Below are positions 8,794 through 18,752 of a stretch of 64,000 nt of DNA, piece by piece. Origin of the DNA: Desulfuromonadaceae bacterium (GTDB taxonomy: Bacteria > Desulfobacterota > Desulfuromonadia > Desulfuromonadales > Desulfuromonadaceae); the NCBI GenBank assembly GCA_046482505.1, contig JAWOFA010000034.1, positions 2,791 to 66,790 on the forward strand, in the 5' to 3' direction. The notes under the pieces are model-generated. The model saw nothing but the letters and a program-made list of their open reading frames with translations. It was not told the DNA's origin and did not search any database. The first letter of the stretch is position 1. The number at the start of each line of letters is the position of its first letter. Made by a program: the position numbers and the translations under genes.

Positions 8794-10275
8794 ATGAATA
8801 CACATGCAGTAGATATATCTGACATAGAAGATTTTTTAGCCAAAATCCCCGAAATTAAGGTAGTGGTGATTGGTGACCTGATGCTGGATGAATATCTATG
8901 GGGTGCTACAGAGCGTATCTCCCCTGAGGCCCCGGTGCCGATTATTAATGTTGGGCGCGAAGACCTGCGCCTGGGCGGCGCGGGCAACGTAGTGAACAAT
9001 CTCAGGGTGCTAGGAGCTCACGTAATGTTGGCTTCGGTTCTGGGTGATGATCGAGACGGCGAGGTTATTCGCGAACGGTTGCAGCGTGCCCAGGTTGATA
9101 TTGATGCGCTGGTTCACGATCACAGCCGTATTACAAGTCGCAAGACCCGTATCCTTTCAGGTAATCAGCAGATGCTGCGTATTGATCGCGAAACTACTAA
9201 GGCCGTTAAACCTGAGATTGAACAGCATTTGTTGCATAAAATAAGTTCCAAGTTAGCTTATGCAGACGTTATATATCTGTCTGATTATGGCAAAGGGGTA
9301 CTGTCTGAAACTCTTATTCAGGCAATAATAGACCAGGCTAAAAATAAAAATACACCTGTAGTTGTGGATCCAAAAGGGACAGACTATATCAGATATCGTG
9401 GTGCAACATTGTTGACTCCGAACCGTAAGGAAGCGTCACTTGCAACCGGCATAGGAATTAAGGATGACGATACACTTTGTGCAGCAGGGGCGCAGATTCT
9501 TGAAGTGGCACAGCTTAAAGCCCTCGTACTGACTCGCAGCGAACAGGGGATGAGCCTTTTTCAGTATAATGCCGAGCCGGTTCATATTCCTACTCGAGGA
9601 CGTGAAGTATATGATGTTTCAGGAGCTGGGGATACCGTATTAACAGTCGTAGGTTTGGGGATAGCCGCCGGGTTTTCACTTGAACAGGCTTCTTTTATGG
9701 CTAATATCGCTGCAGGTGTTGTTGTAGGTAAAGTAGGAACTTCTACTGCAAGTCCTGCCGAAATTGTGGAGGCCGCTGGCTTTCTTGTTGCTGGAAGCCA
9801 GACAAAGATTTGCGAGCCCCATGCTCTACAGATTGTATTGCGGCGTTTGCGTCAGATGGGGCGTAAAGTGGTTTTTACTAATGGTTGTTTTGATATTCTC
9901 CATGCCGGGCATGTTAGCTATCTGCAACGTGCGCGCGAACTTGGAGACATTCTGGTGTTGGGTCTGAATAGTGATGAGTCTGTACGACGACTTAAAGGTG
10001 AATCTCGTCCCTTGGTTCCAGAAACTGACCGTGCCGTGATTCTTGCAGCACTGTCGTGTGTAGACCATGTGGTTATTTTTGATGAAGATACACCTCTTGA
10101 ACTGATTGAACTCCTGCAACCGGATATTCTGGTGAAGGGGAACGATTATGCAGAGGGTGATGTTGTTGGCGCCGAACTTATCCGCGAGTGGGGAGGGAGT
10201 GTGGAACTCATGCCATTTATGTCCGGGCGCTCTACTACTGCGCTGGTGAGTAAAATAAGTGGATATACCAAATAG
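8794..10275 (+). CDS. hldE: bifunctional D-beta-D-heptose 7-phosphate kinase / heptose 1-phosphate adenylyltransferase
   Basis: 493 aa. N-terminal PfkB-type kinase (VSGAGDT) plus C-terminal cytidylyltransferase domain (FTNGCFDILHAGH). Confidence 0.92.
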   Translation: MNTHAVDISDIEDFLAKIPEIKVVVIGDLMLDEYLWGATERISPEAPVPIINVGREDLRLGGAGNVVNNLRVLGAHVMLASVLGDDRDGEVIRERLQRAQVDIDALVHDHSRITSRKTRILSGNQQMLRIDRETTKAVKPEIEQHLLHKISSKLAYADVIYLSDYGKGVLSETLIQAIIDQAKNKNTPVVVDPKGTDYIRYRGATLLTPNRKEASLATGIGIKDDDTLCAAGAQILEVAQLKALVLTRSEQGMSLFQYNAEPVHIPTRGREVYDVSGAGDTVLTVVGLGIAAGFSLEQASFMANIAAGVVVGKVGTSTASPAEIVEAAGFLVAGSQTKICEPHALQIVLRRLRQMGRKVVFTNGCFDILHAGHVSYLQRARELGDILVLGLNSDESVRRLKGESRPLVPETDRAVILAALSCVDHVVIFDEDTPLELIELLQPDILVKGNDYAEGDVVGAELIREWGGSVELMPFMSGRSTTALVSKISGYTK

Positions 10276-10373
10276 TTCATACTGCATCTTTTCAGCCTGT
10301 GCGTGACTCTAGACAGCCTGTTTTCTGAGTTCTAAACGTTCACTTAATATGTATTACATAATGGAGACTTACA

Positions 10374-10676
10374 GTGTTTTTTAGTCGCAAATGTCACAAT
10401 TGCGGGATGCCGGTTGCAAGACGTGTGACCCAGTGCGTTCAGTGTGATGCTATTCTGCGCGAGCAGGTTGCTCCGGTCAGCTACAAGGGCAGAGGAAAAC
10501 GTGAGTTGTTTGCAATTATCTGCGTAGCATGTAGTTGTATGAGCTTTGTACTCTCTTTTGGCGTTAGCGGTATGTACCGCGATGGCGGCATCCTGTGGGG
10601 CATGATAAGTCTGGCCCTGGTTCTTATTTCAATCAACTGGGTCCGGAAGCTTGAGCAACTTCGCGATAAATCTTGA
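10374..10676 (+). CDS. hypothetical zinc-ribbon membrane protein
   Basis: 100-aa ORF with a GTG start. CHNC...CVQC ribbon followed by two hydrophobic helices. No family recognised. Confidence 0.4.
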   Translation: MFFSRKCHNCGMPVARRVTQCVQCDAILREQVAPVSYKGRGKRELFAIICVACSCMSFVLSFGVSGMYRDGGILWGMISLALVLISINWVRKLEQLRDKS

Positions 10677-10725
10677 AAGATAAGATTGATTTAGTGCCAG
10701 ATCCTGTTCTCTGAATATAACCGCA

Positions 10726-11238
10726 TCAGTCCTTCCATTTCTGGATGAATAGCTGATTCTTCTGAATATTTTCGTTATCCGGATCCAGCTCAATTGCTTT
10801 TTCAAGCCATGTTTTTGCCTCTTTCAGGAGACGTTTGGTTGAGGCTGAATCAGGACTTTCCCCATCACTTTGTTCCAGGGACTGCTGAAATGCAATAGAC
10901 GCCATGTTATTGCAAGCAAGAGCTGCCTGCTGTTGCCAGGTTGCACCGCTGACAATTGTCTTTTTATTCTCCTCCAGCATTTCCAGAGCGATAAGGGTGT
11001 TTTCTCTTGCCTTGGAATATGTCCCCTGTTTGATATCGATGCGCCCCAGGTTGAGGTATGCTACTGCAATATTGGGATTTTCTTCCAGTGCACGTAAAAA
11101 CAGGTCGCGTGCTTCGGCAGGTTTTCCATTATTTAAAGCCTTAACTCCATTGTTATATGTCTCTTCTCCGGGGTCGGCACATCCTGTCAGCAACAGAATT
11201 AAACCGAGCAGAAATGTCTTGATAATTGTTGATCTCAT
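10726..11238 (-). CDS. TPR-repeat lipoprotein
   Basis: ORF 10726-11265; start chosen at ATG 11238 (MRSTIIKTFLLGLILLLTGC lipobox). TPR-like repeats (AEARDLFLRALEENPN, AIELDPDN). Confidence 0.7.
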   Translation of the reverse strand: MRSTIIKTFLLGLILLLTGCADPGEETYNNGVKALNNGKPAEARDLFLRALEENPNIAVAYLNLGRIDIKQGTYSKARENTLIALEMLEENKKTIVSGATWQQQAALACNNMASIAFQQSLEQSDGESPDSASTKRLLKEAKTWLEKAIELDPDNENIQKNQLFIQKWKD

Positions 11239-11411
11239 ATATATTCCCTTTGTTTCTAAAATCAATAAAGATGCTTTTGCTTAAATGTTGAGTGCCAAAT
11301 GCAAGGCGTGAGATTGTCGAGCAATGCGGCGTACCTACGAACGTCGACTATGCGATTCAGTTGCCAGTATCACCACAGTGGGACATCGGACAGTGATATT
11401 CTGCAACGTCA

Positions 11412-12065
11412 TCAATAAAAGGTTATACCTAAATACAATGCTGCCCCAATGATGGAGGCATTGGCCACAACGTGTGAGATAATACTACAATACACACCTT
11501 TACTCCAGAGCGTTATCACGGTGTAGGTTAAACCTGATAGAAATAGATATACGCTGTGATTACTGGTTGGCAGGGTACCCAGAACTACAACCATGGTGAA
11601 TGAAAACAGATTAAAAGTGCCGAGTGGAATTGACTTGAAATCAGGTGTGATAAAGTATCTGAGTAGGAATGAGCGCCAGAACAGTTCAGATATAATGGGT
11701 ATAATAACTGCGAACGAAACTACAGTCAGAGTTACAATAATAAATCTGCGTGCCCCTGACCAGTTTTCTGCAATCTGTAAAGGTTCTGGAGATGATACCC
11801 CGATGCGAATTAAAACATACCACAATATGGCGAGGATTAGACCAGATCCTGCACCGATCAAAGCATGAACTACAGGGGTTGAAGAAAATACATCACGGGT
11901 CAATTTGTCGCGCCACAAATAAACCAGCGTGGCTGCTGCAATGCTACCCATAATCAATAATTGATAGCGCCAGTCGGGGAGAAATAATGCAGTTTCAGAA
12001 CAAATAAGGATAAGCAGGAAGGGAAATACGTAGGGGATCCAGGATTTTGTAAAAAATTTAAGCAT
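11412..12065 (-). CDS. CPBP (CAAX protease-like) intramembrane metalloprotease family protein
   Basis: 217 aa, polytopic membrane protein. SELFWRSFLLRY (degenerate EExxxR motif) and a distal IISHVVANA His motif. AT-richer than its neighbours. Confidence 0.55.
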   Translation of the reverse strand: MLKFFTKSWIPYVFPFLLILICSETALFLPDWRYQLLIMGSIAAATLVYLWRDKLTRDVFSSTPVVHALIGAGSGLILAILWYVLIRIGVSSPEPLQIAENWSGARRFIIVTLTVVSFAVIIPIISELFWRSFLLRYFITPDFKSIPLGTFNLFSFTMVVVLGTLPTSNHSVYLFLSGLTYTVITLWSKGVYCSIISHVVANASIIGAALYLGITFY

Positions 12066-12369
12066 GGATGACCGTTCCAGTTATTAAAGAATTTGGCAAT
12101 AAAAGTGCGTGATCAGCTGCATAATACACGCTTTTATCTGGTGCGTTAAGTATACAAAAGGGATAGACTGTAGAATCAACCTCTGAGTTCAGTAACCGGA
12201 TTTATCTCCAAAATTAATTCATAGGGAGTATTCTCTTGAATTCACTATCCCAGGGCAGTTATGTTGCGTTTAATTCGCAGCAACAGGGCTTCTGGTCATA
12301 TTAACAGCTGACTTTTACTTAATCCTTCAAGCAATTCAAAATCCATACAGACAGTTATCGGGAATATAA

Positions 12370-13917
12370 ATGAGAGTAATAACCGGATATAATATATCTT
12401 TTATTTTGAGTGCCGCTTTTTTAATTTTCCTTACCACTTCTGGATTTGCGCTTCAGTCAGACGGACTCGAGGACAGAGTGGTTGAATATCAGCTGGACAA
12501 TGGTCTTACACTTCTTGTTGCCCAACGTCCAGAAATTCCTACATTTACTGCATTTATAACTCTGGGGGTAGGCTCGGTAAACGAGCAGGAAGATAACCGC
12601 GGCATTGCCCATTTACTGGAACATATGCGCTTTAAAGGCACGGAAAGTATAGGAACAAAGAATTACGCAGAGGAAGAAAAGCTTTTGCGCCAGATTGATG
12701 AATGCGTGGCGCAGATCGAAGAGTGTAAACAAAGCGAAGCCTGTACGGATAAAGAACTTGCTGATTTGGACGCACGCCTCAAGAAACTTCAGTCGGAACA
12801 TAGCGATCTGGTGGTAAAAGATGAAGCGGCTCAGATATATGCGCGCCACGGTGGAGTGGGTTTCAATGCCTACACCAGTAAAGATCTCACTACCTATCTT
12901 GTTTCTCTACCTGCCAACAAACTTGAACTCTGGGTGTCTATGGAAGCTGACCGCATGAAGAATACGGTTTTGCGCGAATTTTACACCGAAAAAGAGGTTA
13001 TACTGGAGGAGAGAAGGCGTTCCTACGAGACCCGGCCGCGCGGTATGATGTATGAAGCTCTGCTCGCAACAGCATTCAGGGTGCATCCGTACCGTCATCC
13101 CATCATTGGCTGGAATTCGGATATCCGCGCACTCACCAAAGAGCAGACCCGCAAGTTTATGCATGATTACTACATGCCACAGAATGCGGTCATTGCTCTC
13201 GTAGGTGATATAGACCCTAAAGAGGCTCTCCAGCTGGTAGAACAGTACTTTGGTGATATCCCTCCGGGGAAAGAGGTGCCTGAGGTACGTGCACAGGAGC
13301 CGCCCCAGAGAGGGGAGCGTCGTGCCGAAGTGGTTTTCGATGCTAATCAGCGCCTGTTGGTGGGATACCATAAACCAACTTTCCCCGCACGGGATGACTA
13401 TGCTTTTGATCTGCTCAGCACCATTCTTGGGCAGGGTCCTTCATCACGCCTGCATCGAGCCCTGGTGCTTGATCAGGGCCTGGCGAGTTCAGTGTCGGTA
13501 TATACTGCGCCGGGGGCACGTTACCCCAACTTGTTTGTCATCGGTGCTATCCCACGCCATCCTCATACAAGTGCTGAGGTTGAAAAGGCGATTTATACCC
13601 AGTTGGAGCAGATTAAACGTGAAGGGGTCCGCTCAGAGGAATTGGAGCAGGCGCGCAAAAGGCTGCGTGCTGATCGTATCCGCCACTTGAGGAGCAATCG
13701 AGGTTTGGCTTCAATGCTTACCCACTTTGAGGTTGTAACCGGCTCCTGGGAATATCTGCTCAAATATGACGAGGTTTTGCGCAGCATTACCGCAGAGGAG
13801 GTAAAAGAGGCGGCGCAAAAGTGGCTAATTAAGGATAATCGTACCGTGGTCACCTTGAAGCCTTCACATGAGCAGGCAAATGACTTCCCTCAGGCTGGAG
13901 GCGCAGATGCACAGTAA
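12370..13917 (+). CDS. M16 (pitrilysin) family zinc peptidase, catalytic-type subunit
   Basis: 515 aa with a signal-like N-terminus and the inverted zinc motif HLLEH (HxxEH) followed by downstream E. Confidence 0.85.
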   Translation: MRVITGYNISFILSAAFLIFLTTSGFALQSDGLEDRVVEYQLDNGLTLLVAQRPEIPTFTAFITLGVGSVNEQEDNRGIAHLLEHMRFKGTESIGTKNYAEEEKLLRQIDECVAQIEECKQSEACTDKELADLDARLKKLQSEHSDLVVKDEAAQIYARHGGVGFNAYTSKDLTTYLVSLPANKLELWVSMEADRMKNTVLREFYTEKEVILEERRRSYETRPRGMMYEALLATAFRVHPYRHPIIGWNSDIRALTKEQTRKFMHDYYMPQNAVIALVGDIDPKEALQLVEQYFGDIPPGKEVPEVRAQEPPQRGERRAEVVFDANQRLLVGYHKPTFPARDDYAFDLLSTILGQGPSSRLHRALVLDQGLASSVSVYTAPGARYPNLFVIGAIPRHPHTSAEVEKAIYTQLEQIKREGVRSEELEQARKRLRADRIRHLRSNRGLASMLTHFEVVTGSWEYLLKYDEVLRSITAEEVKEAAQKWLIKDNRTVVTLKPSHEQANDFPQAGGADAQ

Positions 13918-15367
13918 TATGCTGAAAAGAATTATACGTATAGCTGCAGTACTGTTGATGCTGTGTGTGGGAGCAACCACAGGGTGGGGGCAGGATAATA
14001 CACAGAATATGCGGCCCGACGATCTTGAATTTGAGCCTTTGCGCTGGAGTATGCAGACGCCTAGCAAGGTATCCCTGGAGAATGGGATCAAGATATACCA
14101 TCAGAGTAATGCTGAATTACCCATGGTCGATATTACCCTGATGTTCGGGGTGGGGCGCAGCGTGGAAAACTCCGGCAATGCGGGTCTTATGCAACTTTTT
14201 GCCCAGGCGCTGGAGAATGGTGGAACTCAGAAAATCTCTGCCTCCGAATTTGATGCCAGACTTGATGCCCTGGCTATCAATCTCAATGTGGACACCGGGC
14301 CGTATACAACAACGCTAAAGATTTCGGTCATGAAAGAAGACCTGAATAAAGGGATGGCGTTGCTCGCTCAATTGGTACGCAACCCAGGTTTTGATGCGGA
14401 AAGATTTGATACGGCGCGTCAGCAGCTTATGGAACAGGTAAGGCGTCGGCTCGATAATCCCGGGTCCATTGCAGAGCAGCTTATGTTGGGACACTTGTAT
14501 CCCAACCATCCTCTGGGACGCAAGCCCACTCTCGAAACCCTCGACAGCATAAGGCGCGCTGATCTTCTCCATCTGCATCAGCGCTATTTTGGTCCGGGGA
14601 ATATGCATGTGGCCATTTCCGGAGATATAGGAGGGAATGAGGCCACACAACTTCTTGACGCAAGTTTTTCCACATGGGAGAGGGAAACAGAGTATGCCGA
14701 AGTACCTTCTCTTGAAGATGTTGCAAGTGTTGGGGAACCTGGTCCGGTCATTGTAGCGCAACGTCCTTTGAGTCAAACCACTATTCGCCTGGTAGAGCGT
14801 GGAATTAAACGCGATAATCCGGATGTATATGCAGTTGAGATCATGAATTACATCCTCGGCGGGGGTGGGTTCAACTCGCGCCTGATGCGTGAAATCCGCT
14901 CCAACCGCGGTCTGGCGTATTCGGTTTTCTCCCATTTCTCTATGGGACGCCGCCTGCAGGGTGCTTTTTTTGCCGGGTGTGAGACCAAGGCCGAATCGGT
15001 AGCAGAGGCGGTTGGCTTGTTTGCCTCAATTATGCAGGATTTACGCGCAGGGGGGGTAACTGAAGAGGAACTGCAACTGGCCAAACAGAGCCGGATAAAT
15101 TCATTCGTGTTCCGGTTTGAAAATCGCCACAGTCTGGTTACCAAAGTAATGGAGTATGATTTTTACGGCTATCCGAAAGATTATCTGACCCGATATCGTG
15201 AACATATTCGCAGTGTAACGGCTCAAGATGTACAGCGGGTGGCACAAAAGTATCTTCATCCGGAACGCCAGGCTATAATTCTGGTGGGGGAGATAGGAGA
15301 AGAGGAAATAGCGACTCTGGCACAAGAAAGGGAAGTAAAAAGTATCAATCCTCAGGATCTGCTGTAG
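13907..15367 (+). CDS. M16 family peptidase, non-catalytic-type subunit
   Basis: ORF 13868-15367; start chosen at ATG 13907 (MHSNMLKRIIRIAAVLLML signal peptide). M16 fold strings are present, but HxxEH is replaced by MQLFAQALENG. Confidence 0.8.
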   Translation: MHSNMLKRIIRIAAVLLMLCVGATTGWGQDNTQNMRPDDLEFEPLRWSMQTPSKVSLENGIKIYHQSNAELPMVDITLMFGVGRSVENSGNAGLMQLFAQALENGGTQKISASEFDARLDALAINLNVDTGPYTTTLKISVMKEDLNKGMALLAQLVRNPGFDAERFDTARQQLMEQVRRRLDNPGSIAEQLMLGHLYPNHPLGRKPTLETLDSIRRADLLHLHQRYFGPGNMHVAISGDIGGNEATQLLDASFSTWERETEYAEVPSLEDVASVGEPGPVIVAQRPLSQTTIRLVERGIKRDNPDVYAVEIMNYILGGGGFNSRLMREIRSNRGLAYSVFSHFSMGRRLQGAFFAGCETKAESVAEAVGLFASIMQDLRAGGVTEEELQLAKQSRINSFVFRFENRHSLVTKVMEYDFYGYPKDYLTRYREHIRSVTAQDVQRVAQKYLHPERQAIILVGEIGEEEIATLAQEREVKSINPQDLL

Positions 15368-16118
15368 GGGATGTTATAAAGTGGCGTACAGTAAAGATGC
15401 CTTTGTCGTGTTCAACGTAGTTTCCGAGCTTTCCCCACTCACCAACTACTATGATTTGCGGTTTTAAACGCAGTTGTTGCCAGTTGTTGTGAAAGTGCCC
15501 GCAGACCAACGCATCACATCCCATTTCAAAACGCTGGTGGGCTGCGGCAATAATTTTTTCCCGGGGTACGGACGTGCAGGTAGATGTTTTGCTGTAACCA
15601 TTAGGCCTCACCTTGTCCTGGTTGACGCGCTTCTTTTTGCTCCAATTGCCTAGATGTGCAGCGAATTTCCACACCAAGTCCGGATGTATAATCCTGCTCA
15701 ATATTCTCACGACGCGGCTGCGGAATAGCTTGCGCAGCCATAGATATGAGCGGTTGGGGGTGATAAGATCCCCATGTTCCACCCATATCCGGGTTTCGCC
15801 TAGGGTTATGCAGGCTCCGTCAGGGATGATTCTGGCTTCCAGGGTCTCAGAGAAAAAAGGGCCGACATTAAAGTCATGGTTGCCTTCAACCATCACAATT
15901 TTGGTGCCTTCCTGTTTGTGGGCGCTGAGTTCGTGCAGTAAAGGGATATGTGCACTGTAAACACAGTAGCGATAACCTATCCAGAACTCGAAAATATCTC
16001 CAAGCAGAATCAGGGTGCGTATTTCGCCGCGATTCTGCTTCAGAAATTTAAGGAGTTGTATATAGTTGTCATCTGAAGGGTTTTTCAGATGTGCATCGGC
16101 AATAAAAATATCTTTCAT
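15345..16118 (-). CDS. lpxH: UDP-2,3-diacylglucosamine diphosphatase
   Basis: Calcineurin-like metallophosphoesterase motifs FIADAHL, LLGDIFEFWIG (LpxH signature) and VEGNHDF. Start at ATG 16118 (MKDIF). The 3' end overlaps the convergent M16 gene by 23 nt. Confidence 0.8.
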   Translation of the reverse strand: MKDIFIADAHLKNPSDDNYIQLLKFLKQNRGEIRTLILLGDIFEFWIGYRYCVYSAHIPLLHELSAHKQEGTKIVMVEGNHDFNVGPFFSETLEARIIPDGACITLGETRIWVEHGDLITPNRSYLWLRKLFRSRVVRILSRIIHPDLVWKFAAHLGNWSKKKRVNQDKVRPNGYSKTSTCTSVPREKIIAAAHQRFEMGCDALVCGHFHNNWQQLRLKPQIIVVGEWGKLGNYVEHDKGIFTVRHFITSPTADPED

Positions 16119-16275
16119 GCCGCGCAATATAGCAGCAGAGTTAACTCCCGAGCAACAATTGTTCTATGGAGTTGGGAGTTTTGCATTCGAAATACTTGAA
16201 GTGGAGGAATGTTTGTCGCAACCTGTTTCTATAACCGATGCTTCGTCACCATCTCAGCAGAAGGCGAAGCCCCGT

Positions 16276-16812
16276 ATGCTCTTACATGCATGCTGTGCCC
16301 CTTGCAGCTCTGCTGTAGTGGAAAGGCTTGCAACTGACTACGCCATCACCATTTACTTTTACAATCCCAATATCCATCCGCGTTCGGAATTTATTAAGCG
16401 CCGTGATGAGTTGCAGCACTGGTGTGACCAGATTGCAGGAATATCTTGTATCGTTTCTGATTATATCCCTGAAGAGTGGATGGAACAGATTCGCGGTCTG
16501 GAACAGGAGCCTGAGCGGGGCAGGCGGTGTAATCGCTGTTTCCGTCTGCGTCTGCAACATGCCGCAGAGTATGCCAGCGTGCATAATTATGACCTGTTTA
16601 CCACTGTTCTTTCTATTTCTCCGCATAAACGTCACACGCACATTAACCGTCTCGGTCTGGCCCTTGCGCACCATTATGGGGTCGATTTCTACACCGCTAA
16701 TTTTAAAAAACAGAACGGTTATAAACGTAGTGTGGAGATCTCCAGAGAGCTTGGCTTTTATCGCCAAAATTACTGCGGGTGCGTGTTTTCAGCTAAGCAT
16801 GCACGATCTTAA
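16276..16812 (+). CDS. queH: epoxyqueuosine reductase QueH (DUF208)
   Basis: LLHACCAPCSS N-terminal Cys cluster plus a C-terminal YCGC motif. The ORF opens at 16066. ATG 16276 was chosen because QueH proteins start just before the CCAPC motif; ATG 16117 would overlap the divergent lpxH start. Confidence 0.75.
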   Translation: MLLHACCAPCSSAVVERLATDYAITIYFYNPNIHPRSEFIKRRDELQHWCDQIAGISCIVSDYIPEEWMEQIRGLEQEPERGRRCNRCFRLRLQHAAEYASVHNYDLFTTVLSISPHKRHTHINRLGLALAHHYGVDFYTANFKKQNGYKRSVEISRELGFYRQNYCGCVFSAKHARS

Positions 16813-16860
16813 CCTCCTGTTTGAAAGGCCCCTCTGTGTGGCGGGGTATTTAGAGTACAC

Positions 16861-18606
16861 ATGAGCGGTGAAGTGATAACCCAGAGGATCGTACGCGGCC
16901 GTTTGATAATGCAGTTGCTTGCTGCTGTAGTTATCGGTCTCGTCTCCGGATTGCTTGCTGTAGCATTTCGGTTTCTGCTGCTTGAAGGCACTGAGGTATT
17001 TTGGGGAGGATCATACAACCTGGTGGCAGCAGCGCGGGATCTCCCCTGGTATGCCGTGGTTGGTATCCCCGTCGGTGGTGGCCTTTTTCTGGGTCTGATA
17101 CTCTACCCCCGCGCACCAGATACCCGCGGCGCCGGAGTGCCAGATGTTATAGAGGCGATGGTGGAGCGTGGTGGGGATATCCATCATCGTACCACCCTGT
17201 ACAAGATGCTTGCTACTTTGATTTCACTCAGTTGCGGCGCTTCAGTCGGGCGTGAAGGTCCCATGGTCCACATTGGAGCATCCGTAGGCTCTGCGGTGGC
17301 ACGTGTGTTGCGCGTAGCGCAGGAATGGAAGATTGTTTTTCTCGCCTGTGGTGCAGCCGGAGCCATAGCTGCTACATTTAATGCACCCATGGCGGGGATG
17401 CTGTTTGCTGCTGAAATTATCCTCATTGATTTTCAGGTTGGATATCTGAGTCAGATTGCAGTTTCAGCAGTTACAGCTACCGTGGTGTCTCATCAATTTC
17501 TCGGCGATCTGCCAACCTTTGATGTCCCCTCCGTGTCATTGGTACACTACTGGGAGATCCCCGTGTTCCTTCTCCTGGGCCTGATTGCGGGGCTACTCTC
17601 CATAGCGATTATAAAACTCATCAGCCGCGTCGAAGACAGCTTCAACGCCGCAGCTGTCCCTCTCCAATTTCGTCCTGCACTTGGAGGAGTTATACTTGGT
17701 GCTGTGGCCTTGTGGTGTCCCCACGTTCTGGGTGTAGGCTATTTTACCATGAACCAGGCGCTGAGCACCGCATTGGTACCCACTCTGATATTTACCATCC
17801 TTATTGCCAAATTGGTTGCTACGGTGTGCTGTGTAGGATCGGGCTTTTCCGGTGGTGTTATCGCTCCCTCTCTGTTTGTGGGCGCTCTAATCGGAAGCTT
17901 GTGCGGCATATCCGTGCAAATGCTGACGCCGGATCAGGTGGAGGTTACCTCGGAAAGTCTGTATGTCATGGTGGGGATGGCGGCTATGTTCAGTGGTATT
18001 ACGTTGGCGCCTATCACTGCAATGTTTACCATATTTGAACTTACATACAACTTTGAGATTATTCTCCCACTGATGGTTGGATGTATTGCAAGTCTTACCG
18101 TGGTACAGGCCGGTTACGGTATATCCATATACGAAACCAGGCTGGTGCGCAAAGGGGTGCGGATTGTGCGAGGCAGGGATGTGAATCTACTCAGATCTCT
18201 AAAGATTTACGACTATATGGAGCCTAATTTTGAGAGTATCAGCCAGAGTCTTCCGTTAGGTCAAGTGGCAAAAATCGCCCAGGAAAGCCAATATCCCCAC
18301 TTTGTAGTCCACGACAAAGACAATCTGATGGTCGGTATGTTGTCCATGCACGATTTGAAAGCCTGTCTCGGCGAGATGGGAGAATTGGCATATCTCGTCC
18401 TTGCTTCGGAAATTATGACTCGTGACGTCATTACCATTACTCCTGACGACAGCCTGGAAAAGGCCTTTGAAGTGTTTAAGGGTAAGAATATCTCAACCAT
18501 ACCGGTGGTGAGCGTATACTCTCCGCGTAAGGTGATGGGGGTGCTTAAAAAAAGTGACCTCATTCGTGCGTACAGTAGAAATGTGCTCAAGTTTGATGTA
18601 AAGTAA
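16861..18606 (+). CDS. ClC family voltage-gated chloride channel/antiporter with C-terminal CBS pair
   Basis: 581 aa with selectivity-filter strings GASVGREGP and GSGFSGGVIAPS, and two CBS domains at the C-terminus. Confidence 0.9.
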   Translation: MSGEVITQRIVRGRLIMQLLAAVVIGLVSGLLAVAFRFLLLEGTEVFWGGSYNLVAAARDLPWYAVVGIPVGGGLFLGLILYPRAPDTRGAGVPDVIEAMVERGGDIHHRTTLYKMLATLISLSCGASVGREGPMVHIGASVGSAVARVLRVAQEWKIVFLACGAAGAIAATFNAPMAGMLFAAEIILIDFQVGYLSQIAVSAVTATVVSHQFLGDLPTFDVPSVSLVHYWEIPVFLLLGLIAGLLSIAIIKLISRVEDSFNAAAVPLQFRPALGGVILGAVALWCPHVLGVGYFTMNQALSTALVPTLIFTILIAKLVATVCCVGSGFSGGVIAPSLFVGALIGSLCGISVQMLTPDQVEVTSESLYVMVGMAAMFSGITLAPITAMFTIFELTYNFEIILPLMVGCIASLTVVQAGYGISIYETRLVRKGVRIVRGRDVNLLRSLKIYDYMEPNFESISQSLPLGQVAKIAQESQYPHFVVHDKDNLMVGMLSMHDLKACLGEMGELAYLVLASEIMTRDVITITPDDSLEKAFEVFKGKNISTIPVVSVYSPRKVMGVLKKSDLIRAYSRNVLKFDVK

Positions 18607-18752
18607 AAGTCTTTACGTGGTTTTTACCAATATGTCTGGTACTCGTAAATCTACTCAAACCGTACCTATGCACAACCTCCAGCATTGAGAATGCTGGGGT
18701 GATTGTGTAACTGCTGGTTCACCCGGCGCACCATGTTTGGAGGTGTCAGTTT

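Noticed and set aside
16066-16275. 70-aa N-terminal extension of QueH, overlapping the divergent lpxH start
   Set aside because: QueH-type proteins normally begin a few residues before the CCAPC motif. The extension would leave no room for divergent promoters. I kept it only as an alternative start.
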